IMG/VR virus record: IMGVR_UViG_3300042541_001363
Coordinates: 19,118-83,117 of that record
Length of the DNA: 64,000 bases
Direction: 5' to 3' (one strand)
From: a virus
Taxonomy: Duplodnaviria; Caudoviricetes
The notes under the pieces are model-generated. The model searched no databases and had not been told where the DNA came from. It was given only the letters and a program-made list of their open reading frames with translations. Of the stretch, positions 26,985-37,643 are shown in pieces. Numbering within the stretch: the stretch's first letter is position 1; every line of letters starts with the position of its first letter. The translations under genes and the position numbers were made by a program.

Positions 26985-29084
26985 ATGGCAATAAGAAACA
27001 CAACACACATTTTAAAGAACAGTAATATCGTAAATCGACCATTACCTTCTACACTATTACAAGGTGAACCTATTGTAAACACAGCTGAAGGTATTGTATA
27101 CTTTTCTGGTGTTACATCATCAACCAATAATTGGACACCATCTGGTCCAACATCACCAACATTTTTTGAAGTTGGTTCTAACTTATACGATTTAAAGCTT
27201 AGAAATCAAATTACTGCCTATAGCGGTGTAACTGATTTAAGTGGTAAATTCTTATCTGGTACTACTTCTGGTTTTGTATTGAGTGATATCTCAGCAATTT
27301 CTGGAGTAGATACATATGTTACTGGTTTTACTTATGGTGATAATGTGTTTACTGTAAAGCAAAACAATGGTCAAGGTGATTTAACAGCGTTGATAAACAC
27401 AATGACTGGTTTAACAGTTAATGGTTTACTATCTGCTACAACTGGTAATATTGGTACAATAAATACTGACACATTAAATGCTACTGGTGGTACTATAACA
27501 ACTTTGGATTCGACTACGATAAATGGTGGTACTGTTAACATTAATAATTTAGCTGTAACTGGAACTGCTACTTATAATCAAACAGCTACAGCTGCAAATG
27601 ATATTGTGAATTACAATACATTAACAGCATATACGCAAACAAATGATATTTACGTAACTGGTGGTACTATTTCTTATACTGGTTCTAACGGTTCAATAGT
27701 TTTAGGTAGAAAAAATGCATCGAATTTAACTTTAACTGGTTTGACTGATGTGTATGTTACTGGCGGTACTTATAATGCTGGTACTACTACCTTTACTAAC
27801 AATACTGGTGGAACGTTTACAGTGACTGGTTTAAGTTCAACTGATACGTTTGTAACTGGATATACTTATTCACCTACATCAAACACATTTACAATAAAAC
27901 AAAATCAAGGTAAACCTGATTTAACAGCGTTAATAGACACTATGAGTGGTTTAACAGTTAATGGGACTATATCTGCTACAACAATATCTGGAGATACTAT
28001 ATATGCTGTAGATTTTCCACAATTACCATTTACTGATAATGAAACAGTTGAAGTTTATTCAGCTAATGGTGATACATTTTTAAGAGTTAAAGATATCGTA
28101 TCAGCACCATCTGGTGGTACTAGAGTCTTTGTTGGTAATATTGGTATCACTTCTGGATTAACTGTAAGTGGTACTGTTAGTTCAACATCAATATCGGCAA
28201 CAACTTATCTTAATTTACCACCTGATATTAGTGTTACTGGTGGTACAATGGGGTATGTTGGTTCTGCTGGAACAGCTACATTTACCAATAGTACTGGTGG
28301 TACATTCAATGTAACTGGATTTAAAGATGTATTTACAACTGGTGGTACATATAATGCTGGAACAGCTACATTCAATAATAATGATGGTACAACTTATCAA
28401 TTAACTGGTTTAACATCAACTGATACATATGTAACTGGATTTACTTATAACCCGACTAGTAACTTAATTACTTTATCTCAAAATCAAGGTCAAATAGATA
28501 AGACATTAAACATCACATCGATGTCTGGTTTAACTTTAACCAATCTTACAGCTGGTAGAGTTCCTTATGTTGGTGTTGGTGGTTTATTAACTGATGAAGC
28601 TGGGTTTACTTATAATGATAGTACGAATGTTCTTTCGATACCAGCTGATGGTACTATGAATGTTGGTACTGGTGGTTTGAATGTTGCTGGTGATGCCGTA
28701 ATTCAAGGTACTTTAACAGTTTTTGGTCCATCTATTTCTGCATTTACAAATGAATTATATGTAGAGGACTCTAATATTTCACTTAACTATAATCCAACTG
28801 GAAATACAACAATAACATCTTTGGGTGCTGGATTAACTATTCAAGATGGTAATGGTTTAAATGGTGGAAATGTTAATTTTAACATAAATAGACTTGATAC
28901 ATTAACTGGTTTAACTTCTACACAAGTACCTAGTGTAACTGAATATACAGCATCAACTGGATATGCTAATAGAGGTTTTGTTACTCAGTTGAATGACATA
29001 GTAATTAGAAGTACGAATGTTAATACACCAAATGGTGTAAGAGTTCTTACGGAATTTGACGTACTCGATGGGGGTCAATACTGA
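26985..29084 (+). CDS. tail fibre-like protein (Mtd_N-like N-terminus, T/G-rich repeats)
   Basis: N-terminal P.STLLQGEPIVNTAEG.VYF; repeated D.YVTGGTY..GT.TFTN.TGGTF.VTG. Confidence 0.7.
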   Translation: MAIRNTTHILKNSNIVNRPLPSTLLQGEPIVNTAEGIVYFSGVTSSTNNWTPSGPTSPTFFEVGSNLYDLKLRNQITAYSGVTDLSGKFLSGTTSGFVLSDISAISGVDTYVTGFTYGDNVFTVKQNNGQGDLTALINTMTGLTVNGLLSATTGNIGTINTDTLNATGGTITTLDSTTINGGTVNINNLAVTGTATYNQTATAANDIVNYNTLTAYTQTNDIYVTGGTISYTGSNGSIVLGRKNASNLTLTGLTDVYVTGGTYNAGTTTFTNNTGGTFTVTGLSSTDTFVTGYTYSPTSNTFTIKQNQGKPDLTALIDTMSGLTVNGTISATTISGDTIYAVDFPQLPFTDNETVEVYSANGDTFLRVKDIVSAPSGGTRVFVGNIGITSGLTVSGTVSSTSISATTYLNLPPDISVTGGTMGYVGSAGTATFTNSTGGTFNVTGFKDVFTTGGTYNAGTATFNNNDGTTYQLTGLTSTDTYVTGFTYNPTSNLITLSQNQGQIDKTLNITSMSGLTLTNLTAGRVPYVGVGGLLTDEAGFTYNDSTNVLSIPADGTMNVGTGGLNVAGDAVIQGTLTVFGPSISAFTNELYVEDSNISLNYNPTGNTTITSLGAGLTIQDGNGLNGGNVNFNINRLDTLTGLTSTQVPSVTEYTASTGYANRGFVTQLNDIVIRSTNVNTPNGVRVLTEFDVLDGGQY

Positions 29085-29144
29085 TAGACCGATGATTTAA
29101 TTTAACCGAAGTATTTACTAATTTTTAAAATTACATATATTTAT

Positions 29145-29172
29145 AAAAGGATGGGTTATCTCATCCTTTTTT
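29145..29172 (+). terminator. hairpin/terminator upstream of the GIY-YIG gene
   Basis: aaaaggatg-ggttatct-catcctttt-tt. Confidence 0.75.
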
Positions 29173-29202
29173 ATTATAACAAATTTTAAAATTAAAAAAA
29201 AA

Positions 29203-30204
29203 ATGAAAGGTATTTACAAAATTACAAATTTAATAAACGGAAAAGTTTATATTGGTCAATCAGAACGATTAACCGAAAGAGAACGAGAACATTTCTATCG
29301 TCTTGGTCGTGGTGAACATAATAATGAACACTTACAAAAATCGTTTAACAAATACGGTAAAGATAAATTTATTTTTGAAGTCATTGAAGAAACTGATGAT
29401 TTAGATGTTAAAGAAATTTATTGGATAAATGAATATGGTGGTATAAACTCAAAACTAAATTATAATTTAAAAGACCCATTAACAATGAAATGGTCAGACT
29501 ATACTAGGGTTAAACAAAGTAAATCTATGATTGGTGATAATAACCCTAATTTTGGGAGGAAATGGACTCAAGAACAGAAAGACGATGCATCTAAAAAAAG
29601 AAAAGGTGTTACTTTAGAAAATAGAATTGGTAAGGATAAAGCGGATTTAGTTAAACAAAAAATGAGTGAATCACAAACTGGAAGAAAACATCCAGAAGAA
29701 GTTAAAGAAAAAATACGACAAGCTAATGTTGGTGATAAAAATCCAGCATATGGTAAAGGTGATAGACAAATTGGTGATAAGAATCCAATGTTTGGTAAAC
29801 ATCATACAAAAGAAACTAAAAAATTATTAAGTTTATCAAGTAAAAATAAAATTGTTAGTGATGAAACTAAATTAAAAATGTCTGAATCAGCTAAAAATAG
29901 GTATAAAACTGGAAGAAAACATACAGAGGAAGTTAAAGAAAAAATACGACAAGCTAATGTTGGTGATAAGAACCCAGCATATGGTAAAGGTGATAGACAA
30001 GTTGGTGATAAGAATCCAATGTTTGGTAAGCCTAGTATTAAACGTAAAGCTATCCAACAATACACAAAAGACGGTGTTTTTGTTAAAGAATACGAATTTT
30101 TATCACTAGTGACTGATGATGGTTTTCATATTGGTAATGTTGGTGCAGCCGCAAATGGTAAATTAAAATCATCTGGTGGGTTTATTTGGAAGTTTAAAAA
30201 TTAA
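29203..30204 (+). CDS. GIY-YIG homing endonuclease with NUMOD3 repeats and a NUMOD1-like C-terminus
   Basis: GIYKITNLINGKVYIGQS; duplicated 41-aa module; C-terminal IQQYTKDG.FVKEY...GNV..A.NGKLKSSGGFIWKF. Confidence 0.9.
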   Translation: MKGIYKITNLINGKVYIGQSERLTEREREHFYRLGRGEHNNEHLQKSFNKYGKDKFIFEVIEETDDLDVKEIYWINEYGGINSKLNYNLKDPLTMKWSDYTRVKQSKSMIGDNNPNFGRKWTQEQKDDASKKRKGVTLENRIGKDKADLVKQKMSESQTGRKHPEEVKEKIRQANVGDKNPAYGKGDRQIGDKNPMFGKHHTKETKKLLSLSSKNKIVSDETKLKMSESAKNRYKTGRKHTEEVKEKIRQANVGDKNPAYGKGDRQVGDKNPMFGKPSIKRKAIQQYTKDGVFVKEYEFLSLVTDDGFHIGNVGAAANGKLKSSGGFIWKFKN

Positions 30205-30342
30205 CTACATACTAAAAGATTTACTTTAAAAATATAATAATTATAATATGCACAATTCATAAATTGTGCATATTTATTTTATAGAGGTTACATAACCCAA
30301 AATTATAACTCTTTATAGAGATTTTTAAGACATACCATACAT

Positions 30343-32928
30343 ATGGCAAATAGAAAAAATACGTTTTTAATTAAACGTTCAAATATCGCTGGAAAAATAC
30401 CAGCAGCTGGTGACTTACAATTAGGAGAATTAGCTTTAAATACAGCTGATAATATACTTTATGCATCTGGAACCACAGCAAACTCAATACTTCCAATAGG
30501 TTGGGATAGAGTTGCTAGGACTGGTGATACAATGACTGGTAGTTTATACGCACCTTCTATTTATGCCACAACAATATCTGCTACAACATACCTTAATTTA
30601 CCACCAGCTACTTTTAGTGGAGGTACAGTAACTGGACCAACTAATTTTACAAACGGATTAACAGCCAATACTATGAGTGCTACAACTTATTATGGTGATG
30701 GTTCTAATCTAACTGGTATATCGGCAGTAGCGACTGAATTCGTGGTTAATTGTCGTAACCAAAGTGGTTCTAATATGTATAGAGGTCAAGTAGTATATAT
30801 GAATGGTTCAACGGGAAATAAACCTACAATACTATTAGCACAAGCGAACTCTGAGATGACATCAGCCAGAACATTTGGTGTATTAAAAAATGATATTGCT
30901 AACAATGGTAATGGTGATGTAGTAACAATTGGTTCAATAACTAATTTAGATACAAGAACTTCTGCAACACATCCATTCACAATAGATACTTTATCTGATG
31001 GACAAACAATTTATTTATCCCCAACTAATGCTGGTTATATTACAAATGTTAAACCATACGCACCAAATCATTTAGTTTATATTGGTAAGGTAGTTAGAAC
31101 TTCTCCAACTAATGGATATATAGAATATCAAATTCAAAATGGGTATGAATTAGATGAATTACACGATGTTAAAATAACTGGGGTAACATATGGTGATTTG
31201 TTAACATATTCAGCATATAATGGTAGTAATGTTTGGGTTAATAGTAAAACTCTTAATGGTTCTTATACTGTAACTGGTGATACAAGTGTTGGTGGTCAGA
31301 TGAAAGCTACAACAGTTTCAGCTACAACATATTATAATTTACCAACTGACATAAGAGTTACTGGTGGTACTTATTCTAATAATACATTTACATATACAAA
31401 TAATACTGGTGGTACATTCAGCACATTGTTTAATACAATGACTGGATTGACAATAACTGGTAATTTAACTGTAACTGGTGGTACTCAATCAATATTTAGT
31501 GGTAATTCATCATCTGACCTAGTTAGAATAACACAAACTGGTACTGGAAATGCATTTGTTATCGAAGATTCTAATAATCCAGACTCAACACCATTTGTGA
31601 TTGATGCTAATGGCAGAGTTGGTATAGGTGGTGTAAGTCTATCTGAAAAGTTAAATATAGATGGAAATGTAAGTTTAATTAGTTCCGCCTCCACAAAAAT
31701 AAATATAGAATCTGGAGCTGGTGTAAAAACCTATTTAGCGGCAGATGGTGCTGGTACATCATTTGGGTCTTTAAGTAATCATGATGTTGTATTCTATAGG
31801 AATAACTCTGAATTCGCTCGTAGAACAGAAACTGGATTTGGAATTGGTACAACAACTCCAGGAGCAAATTTAGAAGTTTACGGTGTATCAGATAGTGTAG
31901 CATTAATTAAATCTGCTGGTAATTCATATCTTAAATTAAATCGTGGAATTCTTGCCGCAGATGCACATATATCATTTGATACTACAACAACACAAAAGCA
32001 TATTATAGGTTTAATTAATAATACAGATTCATTAATAGTTGGTGGTACTGAAGCTGCTCCAGTAATTACGGTATCTGGTTCTAATGTTGGTATTGGTACA
32101 ACAACGCCATCAGAAAAATTGGTTGTTAATGGTAACGCTATTATAACTGGTTCAATAACTGTAACTGGAGGAACTCAATCATTATTTTCTGGAAATAGTT
32201 CAGTTGAGATGGTCAAAATAATACAAGCTGGTTCTGGTGATGCATTTGTTGTTCAAGACCAAGCTAACGGTGACCCTTCGCATTTTGTTATCAACGCAAG
32301 TGGTAACACAGCTATTGGTTTAACAGCACCTATAGGTAATGATAAATTAACAGTATCTGGAAATACAACAGTATACGGAACACTATCTGCAACAACATAC
32401 ACTGGTGCTGGCATAAATAATGGTAAAATACTTGCAATAACTGAATTAACAGCTTCAACACTTGCTACACACACTGTAGCTAGTTCATCAGTTTTTACCG
32501 TAATTAACTGTAATTCAGACGCTACTAATAGATACGCTAAAACAACATTTACAGCACCATCAAGTGGTATTGTTGAAATTACAGTTAATGCAGATATTAT
32601 ATTTTTAAATAGTTCAGCTGTTCAAATGATAGGTTTACATTCAACAACAGCATCAACCACTACACCAGACAAAGGTTGGTTTAGGATAAATGGTGATGCT
32701 GATGGTAGTTCAGCTTCATATAGTGCGTCATTTATATTAAGTGGTTTAACACCATCTACAATATATTCATATTATGTTATGACAGTATGTGATTTTAGTG
32801 GTAATATAGTTAGATGTGGTAGTAGACAAACTGGAGCGTATGTTTCTAGTGCTGATAGACCATCACCATTAAGAATATATGTAAGAGATATAGGAACAAC
32901 AACTATAACAACAAACCCTTCATCTTAA
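30343..32928 (+). CDS. tail/head fibre protein (Mtd_N-like N-terminus, mosaic)
   Basis: IKRSNIAGKIPAAGDLQLGELALNTAD; an RGQVVY...A.A......GV...DI..NG.G.V domain; GIGTTTP repeats; shares modules with 8396..12709. Confidence 0.7.
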   Translation: MANRKNTFLIKRSNIAGKIPAAGDLQLGELALNTADNILYASGTTANSILPIGWDRVARTGDTMTGSLYAPSIYATTISATTYLNLPPATFSGGTVTGPTNFTNGLTANTMSATTYYGDGSNLTGISAVATEFVVNCRNQSGSNMYRGQVVYMNGSTGNKPTILLAQANSEMTSARTFGVLKNDIANNGNGDVVTIGSITNLDTRTSATHPFTIDTLSDGQTIYLSPTNAGYITNVKPYAPNHLVYIGKVVRTSPTNGYIEYQIQNGYELDELHDVKITGVTYGDLLTYSAYNGSNVWVNSKTLNGSYTVTGDTSVGGQMKATTVSATTYYNLPTDIRVTGGTYSNNTFTYTNNTGGTFSTLFNTMTGLTITGNLTVTGGTQSIFSGNSSSDLVRITQTGTGNAFVIEDSNNPDSTPFVIDANGRVGIGGVSLSEKLNIDGNVSLISSASTKINIESGAGVKTYLAADGAGTSFGSLSNHDVVFYRNNSEFARRTETGFGIGTTTPGANLEVYGVSDSVALIKSAGNSYLKLNRGILAADAHISFDTTTTQKHIIGLINNTDSLIVGGTEAAPVITVSGSNVGIGTTTPSEKLVVNGNAIITGSITVTGGTQSLFSGNSSVEMVKIIQAGSGDAFVVQDQANGDPSHFVINASGNTAIGLTAPIGNDKLTVSGNTTVYGTLSATTYTGAGINNGKILAITELTASTLATHTVASSSVFTVINCNSDATNRYAKTTFTAPSSGIVEITVNADIIFLNSSAVQMIGLHSTTASTTTPDKGWFRINGDADGSSASYSASFILSGLTPSTIYSYYVMTVCDFSGNIVRCGSRQTGAYVSSADRPSPLRIYVRDIGTTTITTNPSS

Positions 32929-32975
32929 AAATATATATGGTGGAACTTGATGAAACGGTGGTATAGGATTGGTTA

Positions 32976-34433
32976 TTATCGCATGTTGTGTAATATTTTT
33001 AAAGTATATTTTTTATTACCACAATCATAGATTCTATTAAAACCCCTTTCTTCCATTATTTCACGTTCCGTTTTGTTTTTATCAAAACCTTCTTTAACTA
33101 GAACGTCTTTTCTGTATTTAAATCTATATTCTCGTTTACCTTTATTAATATAGAAATAATTTGGTTTTGAATTATGTATGAACTCAAACCCTAATTTTTT
33201 ATACAACCCACCTTGACTCCATCTTCTATCCGCATAACTAATAATTTCTTTTGGTTTATATGTTTTTATAAAATACTTAAGTAACTTATCAGCCCCTCCA
33301 ATAACCGTTGTATCTAGTTTATTACAGAATCTAAATAATTCATATGCGTCTTCAATTGATTTATTTCCCATTGATTTTCTTAAACAACCAAATGTCATCA
33401 ACGAAACTAACTCATCATTATAATATAAACCTATATTATATTTAGAATTAATACCACCTTGAATATGGTTATTGTTAAGAAATTCTTTAGCTTCTTTTGA
33501 AGATATCTCTTTAATAATACATTTTCTACCGTATATTTTGATAGGTGTTAATCCTAAGATATTCATTAATCTAGATTTAACTATATCTTGTTTATCTCTC
33601 CATTCATCTTCAAATATGTGAATTAATTGTATTCCTTGTTGTTCACATAACTCAGTTTTATTCAAATGGTAATTATTTATTGTAAATTTATCAGAATGCC
33701 AATATAAACCATCAAATTCGATTGCTAAATTATATGATGGGATGTATATATCTAATTCTAATGGTTGTATTATTTTTCTAGTGTTTTCTTCAAATAATAA
33801 TTTTAATGAAGAAATAAATTCTTTAACTTCACCTTCTAATTTATCATAAACTAAACCACATTTAGGGCAACCTTTACCAGATAAATGTGAATAAGGAGCT
33901 TGTTCAAAAATACCATGCTCAACACAAATAAATTTTGTTTTAGTATGTGAATTAACATAATTTACCAATGAATAATCATATTTATCATTATGTTTTTCTT
34001 TGGCTTCATTAATAAATATATTATTAGATTTTATGCTTTTTTCTTTAATCTTTTCAATACCACAAAAGTAACAACCTTGACCTAGTAAATGTTTACTAGG
34101 GTTTTGTTCAAATTCACCATGTATCGGACATATTATTTTTACTTTTGTGTTTGCATTAACATAGTTTGTTTTACTATACACATATTTACTATCATGTATT
34201 AATAAAGACTTATTAATAAAATCTTCATTGGTTTTTGTTTGATTTTGATTGGCACATTTCTTACAGCTACTACCCTTTAAATGATTATTTGGTGTTTGTT
34301 CAAATTCACCATGTATTGGGCATATTATTTTTACCTTAATATTATTCTTTATATAATCAACATTATTATAATCATATCGTTCACCGTGTATTAATTTTGC
34401 TGTATTGATAAATTTTATTGTTTTACTCACCAT
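32976..34433 (-). CDS. Hef-like putative homing endonuclease copy 2 (Zn-ribbon + nuclease + Mom-like GNAT)
   Basis: Three CP.HG...GC..C repeats, AIEFDGLYWHS, IISYADRRWSQGGLY. Confidence 0.75.
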   Translation of the reverse strand: MVSKTIKFINTAKLIHGERYDYNNVDYIKNNIKVKIICPIHGEFEQTPNNHLKGSSCKKCANQNQTKTNEDFINKSLLIHDSKYVYSKTNYVNANTKVKIICPIHGEFEQNPSKHLLGQGCYFCGIEKIKEKSIKSNNIFINEAKEKHNDKYDYSLVNYVNSHTKTKFICVEHGIFEQAPYSHLSGKGCPKCGLVYDKLEGEVKEFISSLKLLFEENTRKIIQPLELDIYIPSYNLAIEFDGLYWHSDKFTINNYHLNKTELCEQQGIQLIHIFEDEWRDKQDIVKSRLMNILGLTPIKIYGRKCIIKEISSKEAKEFLNNNHIQGGINSKYNIGLYYNDELVSLMTFGCLRKSMGNKSIEDAYELFRFCNKLDTTVIGGADKLLKYFIKTYKPKEIISYADRRWSQGGLYKKLGFEFIHNSKPNYFYINKGKREYRFKYRKDVLVKEGFDKNKTEREIMEERGFNRIYDCGNKKYTLKILHNMR

Positions 34434-34738
34434 ACAAGTCTTTTGGTATTACACATTTATTTTTAATTATAGTTTCTACAAATGCAAACATTTTTAAATC
34501 ATTAATCTCACAATATTTTTTTAAAATATTATGGGTTTCATCAGTTATTTTTAGGTTTTTATTTCGCTTTATTTCTCTTTTCATATATTATTTTATTATA
34601 AGTATGACAAAAATATGAAAAAAATATGATAAAAACAAATAAATAATAAAAAATTATTATTCTTTTGAAAAAAAGCTGAATATTTATAATAAAATTGAAT
34701 AAAGTAAATAATAACAAAAACAAAAACAAAATAAAATT

Positions 34739-37591
34739 ATGCCAAATCAAGTATTCGTAAGTCCAGGTGTTTATACATCAGAAAGAGACTTAACATTTAT
34801 AACACGTAACGTTGGTGTTACAACTTTAGGTATGGTTGGTGAGACTAAAATAGGTCCAGCGTTCCAACCTATTTTTATTACCAATTATGGTGAATTCCAA
34901 TCATTCTTTGGTGGTTTAGATGCTACTATCGTTAAAGATAATGGTGCACCAAAATATGAGTTACCTTATATCGCAAAATCATACTTATCACAATCAAACC
35001 AATTATTCGTAACAAGAGTATTAGGGTTTTCTGGTTTTGATGCTGGTTTGGCTTGGGGTATTGCGTTAGATGCTGCAATGGATAATACAACAGTTTTTGA
35101 AACAGCAACCAATGTATCATACGCACCATTAATTAGCTATACAGCTACATCTGCTGGCACAATTGTTACTCTTGTATCTACTGAACCTACAATCCAAACC
35201 CTTATTAATGAAGGTTTAATAAGTAGTCAATTAGCGTTCTTAGGTAATGCATCTGTCGGTGCTACAGCTAATATCTCACAAACATTTTATAAAAGTGGTT
35301 CAGTATTCTATGGTGCTAGTTTTAGTTTGTCAGTTAATGCTAATAACTTATTAACACATGGTACTTCACCTATTACTGGTACTACATCTGGTCTTGTTAC
35401 TAAATTTAGTGGTTCTTCTTATTCTGATGTTGAAAATCAAATAATAGCGTTGTTACGTTCTAGAGGTTCTGTTGATACAACTTCTCAATTACCGTTGTTC
35501 GAAATTACTGGTTCAACTAATATTGGATTTGATTCTACAGTGGTTACATCTACTAATGACCCACTTGGATTATTTTCAATTAGTGGTACGTCAACTAAAC
35601 AAGGTGATTTTGATTATACATTATCTTTTGATAGTACTAAAACTAATAAAATTACTAAAGTATTAGGAAGAAATAATGATGATGGTAATACAGCATTGTT
35701 TGTTGAAGAGTATTTTGAAAACTTATTTAATACACATAATAAATTAGGTAAGATTAGAGGTATTAAACAAGCGTTGGTGCCTTATGTTAATGATTTTAGT
35801 GATTATTTACAAGAATACCAACCAGCTATCACTCCATGGGTAGTTTCTGAATTACGTGGTAATAAAGTATTAAAATTATTTAGATTTACAACTATTTCTG
35901 ATGGTAATGCAGCAAATGAGCAATTTAAAATCTCTATTGTTAATATTAAACCAGATACCAAAGAATTTGATGTTCGTGTTAGAAGTTTCTACGATACAGA
36001 TGCTTCACCAGTGGTGTTGGAATCTTTCTCAAAATGTGTTATGGACCCATCAGCTAATAATTATATTGGTAGAATGATTGGTACATTAGATGGTGTATAT
36101 ACTTCTAAATCTGCTTATGTGTTGATAGAAATTGATGACACAACAAACAATAGTGATGCATTCCCAGCTGGTTTTGTTGGATATCCAATACGTGATTACC
36201 AAACTAACTCAAATAATACAGTTGTTAATCCATCTATGTTATATAAAACTAAATATGAACCATTTGAAAAGATAAATAAAATATTTTTAGGTCTTTCTAA
36301 TAGTGTTGGTATTGATGCTGACTTCTTTGATTACAAAGGTATACCTCAAACTACAAACCCTAATGTATGGACTGGTTTAACTAACGGTTTCCATATGGAT
36401 AATGCTGCTTCTGCTGTAACTATCGATAACGTAAAAGTAATAATTAATAATTCTGGTGATACATACTCACCAACGTTTAAATTTGATACTGGTAATTGGC
36501 AGTTTAGAACTGAATCTGGATTGATTAATGGTCCTTACGAAAAATTATACGCACGTAAATTCACATTTGTACCTTTCGGTGGTTTTGATGGATGGGATGA
36601 TTATAGAACAAGAAGAACAAACACTGATAGATATACAATCAACGGTACTTATGGTGCTGCTGGTCTTTCTAACGGTACGACTTTCAAAAATAGAACACTT
36701 ACTAGTGGAGATTTAGGTATCAATTCTGATTACTATGCTTACTTAGAAGCTATTTGGACATTTAAAAATCCAGAAGCTGTTAATATCAACGTGTTTACAA
36801 CACCAGGTATTGATAATTGGGATAACACTAACTTAATCGAGGCTGCAATTGATATGACTGAAATGGATAGAGCTGACTCATTGTACATCATGACAACACC
36901 AGATACTTCTGCTGATGGTCAAATATTAGATGTAAATGAAGTTGTTGATAGATTAGATGGTAACTTTGATAGTAACTACTCTTGTACTTATTGGCCATGG
37001 ATTCAAATAAATGATGCTGAAAATAACGTGCTTATATACGTTCCACCAACACGTGACGTAGTAAGAAACATTGCCTTGACTGACAACATTTCTTACCCAT
37101 GGTTCGCGGTTGCTGGGGTTAATAGAGGTGATGTTGACGCTATTCAAGCAAGAGCTAAATTAACACTTGCTGGTAGAGATGTTCTTTATGAAAATAGAAT
37201 TAACCCAATAGCTACTTTCGCATCTGATGGTATCAAAATATGGGGTAATAAAACTCTTCAAGTTAAAGAAACAGCTCTTAATAGAATCAACGTTAGACGT
37301 TTATTGTTACAAGCTAGAAAACTTGTTTCTGCTGTAGGTATCAGATTGTTGTTCGAACAAAACGATACTATCGTAAGAAACCAATTCTTAAGCCAAGTTA
37401 ACCCAATCTTAGACAATATTAGAAGTCAAAGAGGTTTAACAGACTTTAGAGTCGTTCTTTCAAATGACCCAGAAGATTTTGATAAAAACCAATTGGTGGG
37501 TCAAATCTTCTTGAAACCAACGCGAGCTTTAGAGTTTATTCAGGTGGAATTTATAATAATGAATACTGGGGCTTCATTTAATAATATTTAA
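34739..37591 (+). CDS. gp18: tail sheath protein (T4 gp18-like)
   Basis: FVSPGVYTSERDLT, YPWFAVAG.NRG, LYENRINPI, IWGNKTL, RINVRRLL, FEQND, KPTRALEFI. Confidence 0.95.
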   Translation: MPNQVFVSPGVYTSERDLTFITRNVGVTTLGMVGETKIGPAFQPIFITNYGEFQSFFGGLDATIVKDNGAPKYELPYIAKSYLSQSNQLFVTRVLGFSGFDAGLAWGIALDAAMDNTTVFETATNVSYAPLISYTATSAGTIVTLVSTEPTIQTLINEGLISSQLAFLGNASVGATANISQTFYKSGSVFYGASFSLSVNANNLLTHGTSPITGTTSGLVTKFSGSSYSDVENQIIALLRSRGSVDTTSQLPLFEITGSTNIGFDSTVVTSTNDPLGLFSISGTSTKQGDFDYTLSFDSTKTNKITKVLGRNNDDGNTALFVEEYFENLFNTHNKLGKIRGIKQALVPYVNDFSDYLQEYQPAITPWVVSELRGNKVLKLFRFTTISDGNAANEQFKISIVNIKPDTKEFDVRVRSFYDTDASPVVLESFSKCVMDPSANNYIGRMIGTLDGVYTSKSAYVLIEIDDTTNNSDAFPAGFVGYPIRDYQTNSNNTVVNPSMLYKTKYEPFEKINKIFLGLSNSVGIDADFFDYKGIPQTTNPNVWTGLTNGFHMDNAASAVTIDNVKVIINNSGDTYSPTFKFDTGNWQFRTESGLINGPYEKLYARKFTFVPFGGFDGWDDYRTRRTNTDRYTINGTYGAAGLSNGTTFKNRTLTSGDLGINSDYYAYLEAIWTFKNPEAVNINVFTTPGIDNWDNTNLIEAAIDMTEMDRADSLYIMTTPDTSADGQILDVNEVVDRLDGNFDSNYSCTYWPWIQINDAENNVLIYVPPTRDVVRNIALTDNISYPWFAVAGVNRGDVDAIQARAKLTLAGRDVLYENRINPIATFASDGIKIWGNKTLQVKETALNRINVRRLLLQARKLVSAVGIRLLFEQNDTIVRNQFLSQVNPILDNIRSQRGLTDFRVVLSNDPEDFDKNQLVGQIFLKPTRALEFIQVEFIIMNTGASFNNI

Positions 37592-37610
37592 AATAACCCA
37601 AATAAAAATA

Positions 37611-37643
37611 AAAAACCCTAACTTAATAAGTTGGGGTTTTTTT
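37611..37643. terminator. bidirectional intrinsic terminator
   Basis: aaaaa-ccctaact-taata-agttgggg-ttttttt; overlaps the stop of the convergent nuclease gene. Confidence 0.8.

Noticed and set aside
34418-34750. Small ORFs in the AT-rich gap before the sheath gene
   Set aside because: F/I/L-rich translations of low-complexity DNA. The gap more likely holds divergent promoters.
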